Assembly (NCBI RefSeq): GCF_009914755.1
Contig: NC_060926.1
From: the human T2T-CHM13v2.0 reference genome, Homo sapiens
Strand: one strand, 5' to 3'
Length of the DNA: 64,000 nt
In this document: positions 1 through 19,108 of the stretch, piece by piece
Layout of the letters: each line of letters starts with the position of its first letter
How positions within the stretch are numbered: the stretch's first letter is position 1
Notes under the pieces: generated by a model
Told to the model about the DNA's origin: nothing
The model's database searches: none
The model's input: only the letters and a program-made list of their open reading frames with translations
Program-made: the position numbers and the translations under genes

Positions 1-1844
1 GTAATTATCCAAGGATACTGTAGAAAAGAATTTAGCTGTGCTAAGATGAATGTATATGTACATATACACACACTATAACCTTATGACAAAAGAACAGTTA
101 ATTGTAAGATTCTCTATTTTTCCCACTTAAATAATGAAGTCCATGATTAAGTTTCCTGTATATCAGGTTTGACATGCTATAACCTGCTCAACTTTACCCT
201 TAAGTAATTCTAAGGCAATCTTTTTTATGACTCACATATGTAAAAAGCTCATTTACCTTCTTTGTTCTCCATGATTTTTATTGTGTTTCCCATTTATTCT
301 CATCGGTTTTGAACACTTGGTTCATTTCCATCTCTATCTTTTTCTATTCCAATTATTTTATACAAAACAGACATCAGTTTTTGTCTGCTTAGTTTGACCC
401 TTGACATAGTTAAATATCATGTTTGAAAATTTCCCTGATGAAACACAGGGAAAATATAAAGCATTGGATATTTTGGCAGGTTGAATGTTTCAAAGAACAG
501 CCACTGCTCTATTGTGAAAAGCAGAGAAGCTAATGAGAGGCCAAATGCTGATAACCGATAGTATGCAAAAGGAAATTCTTGTCGATGCAATGTTAATCTT
601 CTAAATCCGTGTTTTGTCTTTAGTTCAATTTTTCATAGTATGTTCATGCTAAGATGCTTTTATCTTGACAAAGGTCTCCCTCTTGTCTCCCTTTCATTTT
701 CTGAAGAGTCACCTCAGGTTTCAAGAGAGGTTACTTATTGATGCTCCAGCATTTGCCAACACATTTAGTTAAAAGAGAATTTGGTTTGCTATATTTCCTG
801 TGTGTCTGGGGGATCTTTCTGGAGTATTATGCACATTACATTCCAGACAAAATCTTGTCAGAATGCCATAGACAATTTACTGATTAGTATACTAAAGCTA
901 TTATTTTCCAGAGCATGTTCTATTTACAGAAAGACTGTTAAGAAAAACTCCCAGTAGGTATTTATTTGAAATACATTTCTCTGACTTAATGTGTCTGCCT
1001 TCTTTAGAATATTTTATAGGAAAACAAAACATCTGTGATTAACACCTGTATCTCTTAAATGATGTTTCTAACACATTATTTGAATTACATATGTTCAGAA
1101 AATATTTGAGAATATTTTCTAGTGTAAACACAACTCAAATATAGCAATCTGATTATTATTCAGCTGAATTCAGTAATATTATTGTATTTTTAAAATATCT
1201 TAATAATAAACAAGTACCTAAACTTTGAGTGGTATTTTAATGTAGACATTTTTGAAAATTCTATTTAAACAGGCAATACTTCTGACCTGTTGTTTTCTTT
1301 CACACTGAGGAAGCCTATTAGTACAACACTCTTGGCCTCTGTCTGCACCTTTTCTTAAATCCATTTTAGGAAAGGTTCTGTGGCTTATTTGGTTTGTAAA
1401 TTTGGGAAGAGAAGGACAAGCACACTTGGTCTGGCTCTGTCCATATGCTTCTTAAATTCCACCTATTCACAGAAAATGCACATTTGGCTCTCTTCTCCCA
1501 GGAATAAATAGGTCTGTACTTTGGTAGACGGGCATCTGCCCTAGCCGGGCATGCTATTCTAGGCAGCTCTGTTAGCAGACTAACTTGGCTTTCTCACCAG
1601 GACCTACTCTCACCTTAGCCCTTTTATTTTATTATTTTTTCAATAATAAAAGGGCTATGTTAGCTTCATGTGGCTTGGTGCTTATTTTTCAATTGGTTAA
1701 GTACAAAGACTAATAATTTGGAATGCATTTGGTGGATATGCTAAGTATAGATTACAATTATACATCTATATTTTAATATACATTTACCAAATTTCAAAGG
1801 AAAAAATACAAATATAGATGAATTTTATAATACCTTTAATAGAT

Positions 1845-2158
1845 TTTTGGTGTTTTTTTGTTTGATTTTGTTTTTGAGACAGTGTCTTGATCCATTGCTG
1901 AGGCTGGAGTGTGGTAGTGTAATCAAGGTTCACTGTATTCTTGACCTCTCAGGCTCAAGTGACGTTCCCACATCAGACTCCTGAGTAGCTGGGACTACAG
2001 GTGTGCATCACCACACCGAGATAATTTTTTATATTTTTTATATATACGGGGTCTCATTGTGTTGCCCAGGCTGCTTTCAAACTCCAGGATACAGGTGATC
2101 TACCTTCCTCGGCCTCTCAAAGTGCTGGGATTACATGTATGAACCACCTTACCTGGCC
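1845..2158 (-). mobile_element. Alu SINE, old (AluJ-like)
   Basis: A T-rich tail leads into gagacagtgtc...ctcctgagtagctgggactacagg...aaagtgctgggattac...cctggcc, the reverse complement of a diverged Alu dimer. Confidence 0.93.
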
Positions 2159-2249
2159 CATTATTAGGTCTTATAGAGATTATGTTGACGTGTGTACTTT
2201 TACTAACAGGTGATATTCATTTCCTTAGGCCATTAAATGCTTTTAAAAA

Positions 2250-5727
<3,478 letters not shown>

Positions 5728-5759
5728 AAGAATTGTTCCCTAAGCTCTAGTGGGATTCT

Positions 5760-6080
5760 TTTTCTTTAGACTTGGGCAGTTTTCTTATACATTTGTACTG
5801 ATGAATACACAGATAAAGACTCAAATCTGGAGATTTCTGGATCTCTCTATGAAGATCTCTTCTCCCAATACTCTACAAATTCTAGCCAATTTATCCTTTA
5901 TAAACTCTCAAATCCCTCTTGTTAACTTTATGAGTTTTCCAGGCTCCACTTGGGTATTCCCACCTTTACTCTCCCAAGGAAGTAAGTTGGAGCAATCATA
6001 TGGCTTACTTGATTTCTTTCTTTTTATTCAGTGATAATTGTCACATGTTGCTTGATGTCTAATTGTGAAAATCATTGCTT
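5760..6080 (-). mobile_element. Old L1M 5'-region fragment
   Basis: Resembles the L1MC/MD-type 5' region as I recall it. A similar degenerate segment lies at 11200-11440. Confidence 0.4.
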
Positions 6081-6369
6081 GGATAATGGGGAAAATAAGC
6101 GCTTTCTACTAACTCAGAATTTGTGAGAAATAAAGCAGACTAAGAACAATAATTAACAATACTTAATTTAGGAATAAAATGTATGTCTTTGGATAACAAA
6201 GTATACATGGTATACTTTTGGCAAATAATCTGGGAAATTTGTTCTGCATTAGGCAACATTTCCTGGGTTTGTTGTGTTTATAAATGTCAGCTGAATTACA
6301 AACGAAAACAATTATCAATGTCGGTTAAGGTAACAATAGAAGCTCTAACAGATAAAAATTCCATCTCAA

Positions 6370-6705
<336 letters not shown>

Positions 6706-7951
6706 TTACCCACACCACAATTCAGTGCAGCTCTATATAAGGTGATATAGGAATTCAGTCTTCTCCTGTCTTGGAGCTATAATTTGGAGCTTTCAAGAAG
6801 GAGTGAAAGAAGAAAGAAATGGTGGACAATGGACAGTGAGTGGCTCCTTAACCACAATAGTATAAAAGAGGTAACACACCTACTCACAGTCTATTATTAA
6901 AAACATAGTTATATACAAAACACTCATAATAAAAAAGAACATGTAGGTTGCTTTCAGAATGGTGGTTATAAGTTACCAGACTATTTAAGTAAAGTATTTG
7001 TGTATAGACATAGGTCTTCAGTTCTCCATGGTAAATACCTAGCATGTTAAATATCTAGGTCATATGGAAGTTACATGTTTAAATTAATAAGAAACTGCGA
7101 ATGGTTTCTCAAAATGGTTTTATCATTTTAAACTCAGCATTATTTTTGAGTTTGATCTTCTCATCAACATTTGATATTGCCAATCTTTCCTACGTAAGCC
7201 ACTCTAGAGGGCATTTAACGGCACCCCATTATACTTTAGTTTCCATTTATTTAAATAACTAAAATTATTGAGCAATTTAACTTTTTTAGCTTTTAGTATA
7301 TTATCTTTTGTGGAACATCTGTTGCATTATTTCTCTATTTTTAAATAAGATTTTTATCTAAGGTATAATATTTCTTGAAAGATACACGCATATCAACCAT
7401 TTTCTTTCAGCTGATAATTTATATTTTTATTTTCCTAAGTGAGCTTTTTGAAAACTAAAAATATACATTTTTCATGAGATTCAATTTAACAATTGCTTTT
7501 TCCTTTTACCTAAAGTGCATGGCATGTTTGTCTCTATTTCTGATATTTAAGAAAACTTTCTTTTTGCAAGACCAGGATGATTTATCAAATATGATATAAA
7601 AATCAAACTTTTATATTTAGGTTTATCATCAATTATTTTACATCACTAGCAAAGTATAATTTACAAACAATAAAATTATCCAATTTTGCATCGTTGTGGC
7701 TAGTGTAAACTGTTTATGGAACAATGGAAAAAGTGATATAGAACATGTTAATCTTTCTACAAAATGAAGGACATTAAGTCAGTTACCTCTCTTTGTTCTA
7801 TCTATTGGAAAACACTGATCTGCTTTCCATATTACATGTTAGTATGACTGTGTTCATATTAATGGAATTGTGAAGGATGCATATTGTTTCACCTGGCAGG
7901 TTTGTTGAATTTATCAGTTGGTCATTCTGTTTAATTGCTGAGCAGTATTCC

Positions 7952-7953
<2 letters not shown>

Positions 7954-8001
<48 letters not shown>

Positions 8002-8012
8002 TGTGTGTGTGT
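7954..8012. repeat. (TG)n microsatellite
   Basis: Read directly; one interruption. Confidence 0.98.
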
Positions 8013-8654
8013 CTTTTGGGGGGAAGGGGTATCTATATTTCTAGAGATGAATAATTATTTTTAGGTTTTGATTCTTATAAAGTTTCTATGAATATTCACA
8101 TACAAGTCTCTGTGTGTGACTATTTGGTTTCATTATTTTGGAGTAAATACCTAATGCATGATTTTCTGGGTCATATGATGAAAGCGCACACATTATAAAA
8201 TATTACAAAACTGTTTTTCAAAATGTTTGTAAAATATGCCAATTCCACCATCAATGTACAAGATTTCCATTTTGCTTTGCAACGTCATCAACATGTGGCT
8301 TTCTCAGTCTCTTTGATTTTAATCATTGTAGTGGAGGTCTGATAATATTGGTTTGCAGTTTGGTTTTTACATGTGGCATGATATAGTGGTTGAAGTTCAT
8401 TTTTCAAAATATAGATTTGAGTCCTTACTATACAATTTCTTGAAAAGATTATGCTATCTCCCATTGAAGTATCTTGGCATCTTCTTTGAAAATGGATAAA
8501 CTGTAAGTCTGTAAGTACAATTGTAAGCTTTGTATCTTTATCATTGGTCTACATATTTTTATTATGATCACATTGTTCTGTTTACCTTTTATAAAGAAGG
8601 TCTACAGATAATGTAGCAAAGCGATTTTCTCAGCTAAAGTTCTTAACTTATTCA

Positions 8655-8810
8655 CATACACATACTTAAGTTACTTAACTTACACACATACACACGTGCT
8701 TACACATATGCACGCACACATGCACGTTTCAAACACACATATGCACACATTGACACACACATATACACATGCACACACACCTGCACATACACATATACAT
8801 GTATGCACAT
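8655..8810. repeat. Degenerate CA/TA-rich low-complexity tract
   Basis: cacacatatgcacacat-type units. Confidence 0.85.
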
Positions 8811-10294
8811 AAAAATAAATTTAAAAGTTTACTTTTAAATTTAAATCAACTTGTGACTATCTAAACACAGTATTCCTGGGATTTCTATTTTGATTGGAGT
8901 TGCCTCGAATCCAGTGATCATTTTTGGAAGAAATGACATCTTAATAATATTGGGACTTATTATCAAAAAATGTGATATATATCTCCATTTATTTAATTAC
9001 TTTCAACAATGTTTTATATTTTTCATTGTAGATATCTCACAGTTAAAAATCTTTTTTATTTTATGTTTTTGCTATCATAAATGCTATTTTTTAATATTTC
9101 ATTTTCCACTTGCTTTTTTCCACTTATAGAAATACAATTTATTTTTATATGCTGATCTGTAACCTGCTGTATTCACTTATTTGTTCCAGTATTTTATTTG
9201 TTTTTGTAGATTCATAAACTATGTTTACGAAAGAGTTTGTTTTATTGTCTCATTGCAATGGCTATCATGTCATTTAACACATTCAATAGAGGTAGTAGAA
9301 CTGACATTTTTGCTTTCTTCCTGCTGGTAAAGATAAAGTGTTCAGCTCTTCACCATTATATGGGATATTTGATGTTTTTTTGCAGATATGCTTTCTATGT
9401 TGAAGAGGGTTCTGCAACCTATTCCTAGTCTGCTGAAAGCATTTATCACTAATTGATGCTGCATTCTGTCAAATGCTTTTTCTGCATCTATTGAGATGAT
9501 TTCCTAATTTTCTATCTTTGTTCTATTTGTATGGTGAGTTTCCTTGATTCTCAAATGGTAAATCAACTGCATTCACTGGATGAATCCTATTATTCATGGT
9601 CTATTATCTTAAAAAAATTACTGTTTTTTTTTTAATGTTTGCCTCTAGGTTCACAATTTTTTTTTTCAATATCATTGCCAGTTTTCTGAGTCATGGTATT
9701 CTGGCTTCACACAATAAGTTCTCACTATTCTATTTTTTTATATGTTATGAAGGATTTTGTTAATTTTTCTATTAAAGAATTCAACAGTGAGCTATCTGGA
9801 CCTAAAATTTCTTTGTGGGAAAGTAAATTTATAAATTCATTAACTATAATTTATAAATATACTTTATTTAATAAATATATAACTATTCAAATTTCCTCAA
9901 TTAATTTATCAATTTAATCTAAGTTGTGGAATTTATTGATATATGATTGTCACAGTCCCTTATTGTCCTTTGATAACATGTAGGAACTGCAGTAATATTT
10001 TTTTGCTGAAATCAGTTATTTTTGTTTTTTAAAGAAGATTAATAAACTTAAATGATCTTCCAAAACAGTAGCTTTTGTTTTGAGTATTTTCTTTATTCTC
10101 CACCTGTTTCTTAATCAATATTTTAAGCACTTTGAACTGTCTCATAACATAATAAAATTGTTACATGTTTTCAATCAGCTGAAGTACTAAGAAAAGGGAA
10201 AATGTTAAAGTATGTTTTGTCATCACTATTACCAGTAAATTTTATATATGTGAAAATCAATTCTGAAAGACGACTTTTGTGAAACAGCTTTCTC

Positions 10295-10328
<34 letters not shown>

Positions 10329-10334
10329 CACACA
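10295..10334. repeat. (CA)n microsatellite
   Basis: Read directly. Confidence 0.98.
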
Positions 10335-12984
10335 ATCACGAAAGGCCATATAGAGGGTATTTTATTTCACTATAAGATGCCAAATATTTTACAGTCCTAA
10401 CTTACTAAATCTTATTCATTATCTAAAATAACAACACATTGCAATTCATAACATAAATAATTATATGCATGAACTACTCAGTAGGAAACTTATTTCTGTT
10501 TTGATCATGAAATTATTATATTTTGGTAAGAATTATCTTTTGGTATTAAAAACAAACTTGGTCTTCTTTGAAATGTGATGTCAGAATGGCTATAGTTGTG
10601 TAAAAATATCCTTATTTATGATCTCATCAATCAGAACCAATTATTTTTTTCTCTGTGTTATCTTTCTAGATCACTACAATCTCCTTTCAATCTTATATCT
10701 CATGGACAGCTTGGATCAATAATCATCTGATTGTCTTTAATAAATTATTGCCCTTTTAGTTGAACCATCTTCCTAATACTTCATTATTTAACCAAAACTA
10801 ATTTTGAATAAATACGTTTAATCTTTCTCCCATTACATTTCCTTGCACTTCAGATGTGAATATAACTGTAATTTCATCAATCTGAGTTATATTGTAAGGA
10901 CATCTTACAATTTTTGTAAATATATTTTTGAGAGACTGCCCAGTGCATAACTATCCAATATATTAGAGACACCAACTCTTAGTTTTTGTGTTTCTAAAGT
11001 CTGTGCTATGTTTAATCTAATAGTTGTTCTTAATTTGTTTAAATCCTTTTCTGCAAATGAATCTGTTTTGTTAATGATGATGATATCTGCTAATGCACTC
11101 TTCTTAGTAGTTTCATTGATAAGGCCATCAATTTTTTACTTTGCTGAATGTCTAATTACTTAAGGATCACTGGAAACCAGTTGACGGCATCTTTATGAAC
11201 GCTGTGACACTTCCTTTATGGTAATCTACCCTGCAGTTCCAGTTGACTCAGTCCTACCTCTGTCTCTTGGTTTAGCCAGACAACTATCTTCCGCTGGGGT
11301 TCCCATTCCCTGTGACATGGTATAGAATATGCCTCTAAGAAGCAAAGGTGAACCTACTTTGTTTCCCTTTGCTCAGAAATTGTAATGCTGTGCTGCCTTT
11401 AATCAATGTTGAAAAATGGTATTTTAAAATATATTTTTTCAAGATCAAATACCTAAATATACAATGACTCCTTTGTTTGATAATCAATTAGATTAAGAAA
11501 CTCAAAGCAAATGAAAGGGACTAAACGTCTGAATCCAGCTTGACATTTATTTCAGTATTATTTACACAGGCCGAAGTTCTCTCCTATTTTAAATCTTTAT
11601 CAACAGGAGGTCAAAAGTGCTTGGATGTCAATAGGTAATAAAAAAAACCTTTCCAAAGTGCTTCATAAATATTTTTTGGGGCATATAAAGGGTGTTTTTT
11701 TATGTTGCAACAACCTATTTGCAATATAGTTTTCAAATAAATTTAAATAGATTATAAATAGATTATTTGCAGTAACATCTTTTGCTACAGATCCAAAAGT
11801 TTACATATCTGGAAAAATAAATTAGCAATGCTATTGCAAACTTTTCATTTAAAGCAAATGATTTTCCCATTGTTGACAATATAGAAAAATAACAAAAGTT
11901 AACAAAAGGGCACAAAGGAAAGGGAATGCATAAGAAATGCATTTCATGATAAATCACACATGGATAACAGCAACTTACTTTTTAACAACATAGAAAAGTC
12001 ACCACTGAAAGGTGTATATTTTCCTTTCATGAGAATAGACCTTACTTTGCACAGTCCTATATATTTTATTTGATTTATTTTTCCTACCATTTTCTTCCAC
12101 TGCATTCTTGATTCTATCTTCAAGAACAATTCTTTACTGAAATAATAACAACAATTTACAGTATTTTAACATTTTTTGAAAGCGGGCACATGGAGTTAGC
12201 CACTCATAACTAAATGCACATACTGTAGGCAAAAAAATCCATTAAGAAAATTTGGAACCAGTATTTCTATTGAAATTCGCAGCATGACACAAAGCAGAGC
12301 TAAAAAAAAAAAAAACTTGTTACCACCATTATAGGATTGAACATAATGGGAAGTTAGGGTATTGCCCTGACAATAGCAACCACAGAAATTGATTCAGTTT
12401 GTATTTTTGCCCAGAACAAATTACTATGTTACATTAAAACACATTTTGTGTTGTGTTTTAAGAATTTAGAGAATTTTATTTTCAGAGTAATATAAAATCA
12501 TGGACTATGAGGGAAGTTGATTACTCCTAACAAAATATGCATATTAAGATGAAATTACAGACAGCTTTCTGAACTTCAAAAGAAGACATAAATAAGTAAG
12601 GTAAATCATTTGGAACGATTGCAGAAATGGGATAAAATATGTTGATGACAAATTTCTAGAAAAATTGTCTAATTCTAACTAAATGTGTCTATACAGTAAG
12701 AAAGCCACTGAAGATTAATTTCAAAATTCAGGATTTCAAAACATTTGTTATAATCATTAATGTTATTGATATATATTACTGATTCACAAACCTTAAATTA
12801 GGGTTACTTATATTCAAAGTCTCTTAAATATTTAGACCCATAATTTAGAATTAAGTTCAGCTATAGCTACTATTTAAATAGATGAATAATAGTTTAAGAA
12901 CTTCTATTTATTGTGTACATATAATATGCCATTCACTTATGTACTACTAAAGTTGCTTGCTGGGCATGGTAGTGGTGATATACA

Positions 12985-13122
12985 TTGTTTGTTGATTTCT
13001 GTGCTGTGAATACTCTCCTATTATGGCTACTTTAAAGTTATCAGTAAAATGTCACTGAACAGGAGCTGGAAAAAGATGCCTATGTTTGGCTTTTGAAAGC
13101 CACTGTGAGCTGATTCCTGCAC
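12985..13122 (-). mobile_element. MER63-like hAT MITE fragment
   Basis: The reverse complement contains ttcagtgac...gtagccat...gagtattcacagcacagaaat, matching the MER63 core as recalled. Confidence 0.6.
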
Positions 13123-14002
13123 AAAAAAAAATATCTGTCAGGAAGATATTCTGCAACATTTTGAGGTAATGATGATCATTCTTTCTTACACATATTGAAA
13201 ATTGTGGTGTTAAGTATCAGTGCATTTACCAATTGCATGCCTCTGGAATAGAAAAGAAAGAATTGAAACTCCAGTTCTTTCTCCGCACAGACCTAAAATC
13301 TGCATATATACACACTCATACATATATAATCTTAAGGTTGTAATGGAGAAAGTCTCTAAAAAGAATATTCTAGCAGTTGTTATATATTTATATTATTTTC
13401 CTTTTCACTCGTTTAATTATATGGACCCATTGAAACCAAGCAAGAAACAAATATAATTCATTGATTCTTACTGATGTTTACACTAGGTTTTTTAATTGTG
13501 CTACTTAAGTTTTTAAACAGGAGTTCTCAGACAGGATTTTAAATTGAAGTTTTTAAATTATTCAAGATATGTGATGCAATGGTACATGGCTTTCTCTGTA
13601 TTGCTCCATTTCTCAAATATTTGATTTTAGTGGACAATTATTAAGCCTCCCCTGTTATATAAATATGACTGTTGCTTTTTATGAAACCAATTGAGCAAGC
13701 ATAATTTGCTTCCAAACCTCATTCATATTTAAATAGGAATAAATTTATATATATTAGGCTGTATTTTACTGTCATTGCAGAAAGTTATTTATAACCCACC
13801 TGTAAGACAACTTTGGTAAGTGCTGCTTCTATAAACAATTCACTAACACATAAGTTGCAAATTAAAACTTACTAAAGCATTTTGGAGTCCAAATTAAGAC
13901 TCTGAAATCTGTAGAGCAGTGGAGAACAAGGGCTGATTGACCAAATCTAAATTTTCTTTTGATAATCTCTTTGATATACTTTAAAAAAAATTATGACTTT
14001 TA

Positions 14003-14346
<344 letters not shown>

Positions 14347-14883
14347 TCACAATGCTATCTTTTATTTTGGCTGTAAAATTCTCATAGAAGAAAAGCAATA
14401 AAATATTTCAAATCTTTGTACCCCATAATCAAGCTATTTAATGAAGTTGCTTTGGTAACTGATTCACTGGAGAGATTTAGAACTTATAATATTCCTGATA
14501 ATTTCATCTTTGGAAATGCTATGCCCAGTTTGAGAGAATGCCCTTCTAAAAAAAGTGGTCTTTAGCTGAGAGAGACTAGCTTCTCCTAATTCCGGGTCTA
14601 TGCTTCTTCATGAAAGAAGGAAAATATTGCTAGCCAATTCAGATGCCATGTATGCCAAACTCACTCACAATAATGTTTACTCAAACCTGGTGCTAATATT
14701 ATTCTCCTGACAAAATATTGTTATTTCTTATCCCATGAAAAGGAGTTATAATAATTCTGCAGCTTCTTATTGGCTTAGAATAATGTTTCCCCAAGTGTGC
14801 TCCATGAAGTTGTTGACCTGTAACATTTAATAAGAATTACTTAAAGTAAAACGATGATCAAATACACCCCAGAAACTTACAGT

Positions 14884-15238
14884 TGTATAGTTGTTTTCAT
14901 GCTGCTAATAAAGACATACCCAAGGCTGGGTGTTTTATAAAGGAAAGAGGTTTAATTGACACACATGACTGAGGAGGCCTTGGTAAACTTACAAACATGG
15001 CAGAAGGCACCTCTTCACAGGGTGCCAGGAGAGAAAATGAGAGTCGAGCAAAGGAAGAAGCCCCTTATAAAACCATCAGATCTCATGAGAACTTACTCAT
15101 TATCACAAGAACAGCAGCATGGAGGTAACTGTCCCCATGATTACATTACCTCTCGCCAGGTCCCTCCCATGATACATGGGGAGTATGGGAACTACAATTC
15201 ATGATGAGATTTGGATGGGAACACAGACAAACCATACA
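14884..15238 (-). mobile_element. THE1 (MaLR) solo LTR
   Basis: gctgctaataaagacatacc...aaaccatcagatctcatgagaact...gagatttggatgggaacacagacaaaccata. Confidence 0.92.
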
Positions 15239-16673
15239 ACTAAGGAAACTTAGAAGATTAGAATCAACCCTGCTATGTTCCATTGGAATTGTGGAAGTAT
15301 TGGTAGGAAAAAAAAACAGCTAATAAAAATGCACCCACTCCCATCAGAAACAACTACAAAGCAAACACAATACTCCAAAATGAACAATATGAACTAGACA
15401 TCCTATACAATCATTTTCAAATATGATAAATTTGAATTTAAATGTCTTTTATCTAATATTTTCTCTTATATTTTTTTCTTTCCTTTTTCTGATATTTTAT
15501 TCTCATGGTCTTCATTCTATCTCTTACACACAAACACACACAGATATGTACACACACATACACAAACACATGCACATTTATATCTATCTTTGGATTCTGT
15601 GAAAAACAAAATAAAACAATTCAAGAGAGTAGTATGTAAAGTATAATCTAAGAACACACACTAGAAATCAAAGAATTCTTGAATCTGTATATTTAAAAAG
15701 GTGGAACATCTGTGAATATTGCCCTAGACACATTAACTCCAAGATGGATTCTATTAAAATTGCCAGAAAATAAAGATGAAAGAAATCGTGTTTAGGACTT
15801 TCAGGCAAAAGTCCCAAGTTTACTCAGAAAAAAAAAATCGGTTTTTTTTTCAGACCTCTTTATTCAAGAAGGAATTCAATAAACTAATGTGTGAGCCAAG
15901 GACTTTATATTTATCATCACTGTCCTTCAAGAAATAAGTCTATAGAAAGCCTTCGAGCTTGCAAAAATACAAAGAGCACTGCACTCAGAATCCTCCTGAG
16001 AAATTTACTAGAAAATGAGCTTCATCCAACTAATTGATGACTCTGGGAATGTTAACAAAATGTACAAAAATTTAATTTTTAATAAAATATAATTATTTTA
16101 TATATGCATTCATAAGTATATATTTCTTTTTACCTAAATATATATTTATATTTCAAATATATTTACATATTTATTTATATATTTAATTATATATCAAAGA
16201 TTAAAAATGGAGACAAAGGTGGTAATCAATTTTTAATTGATACACATATTGACAAGGTATAAATAACATAACTAAATATGTGAAAGGAGAAGAGAGGGGA
16301 AAGTGAAAAGGAGAAGAAGCTCATAGGCTTTTAAATAAGGGGTCCAAGGATATTTTTTATAGCTGAAAAACGCGACATTAAAAATTTAAGGCAGGAAAAA
16401 AGAATAAAAGCATTGTAAATGTTATTAGTATACATACGGTCAGCAAAACAAAAATATAAATTTTCTAAATTCTAGAACAATAAGAACACTACAGAAAGAG
16501 AACAAACCACATGAAGGAAAACAATGACTATAACAGAAGGATCAAAATTATCATAACAAAAAATGTCATGATAGAATTAAAATCAAGCAAATGTTATGTA
16601 AATAAATGTGGATGAGATTGCCACCTATTAAATAAAACACCGCAAATTGGCTCACAAAGCAAAATTCATTTCA

Positions 16674-17113
<440 letters not shown>

Positions 17114-17247
17114 GGCAGAATTCAGGACGAAAATATTAATGATGGCAATAAAGAACTTTAAATACATAAAGCCAGTCACAGAAAACATGTAACAGGACTA
17201 TGTATACAATATAGCAAAAATTAATTCAACTTTATAAACCAAAATTA

Positions 17248-17303
17248 TTAGATTGGTGCAAAAGTAATTGTGATTTTGGCTGTTACTCTTAACAGCCAAA
17301 ACC
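17248..17303. mobile_element. MADE1 (Hsmar1 MITE), one arm truncated
   Basis: ta|ttagattggtgcaaaagtaattg terminal inverted repeat plus the central hairpin. Confidence 0.88.
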
Positions 17304-17370
17304 TGTATATACGAGAGCAAAGAGAAGTAGAATGATATCTACTTATAGAGAAGACATTACCATGACACTA

Positions 17371-19108
<1,738 letters not shown>

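Larger units (their letters stand above)
6990..10090 (-). mobile_element. Fragmented old L1M elements
   Basis: Antisense L1 motifs include gtaaatacctag, gctgagcagtattccac and tgtcaaatgctttttctgcatctattgagatgat (RT region, 9467-9500). Confidence 0.7.

Noticed and set aside
1530-1560. GGGCATGCTA p53-like half-site
   Set aside because: There is no adjacent second half-site matching RRRCWWGYYY.
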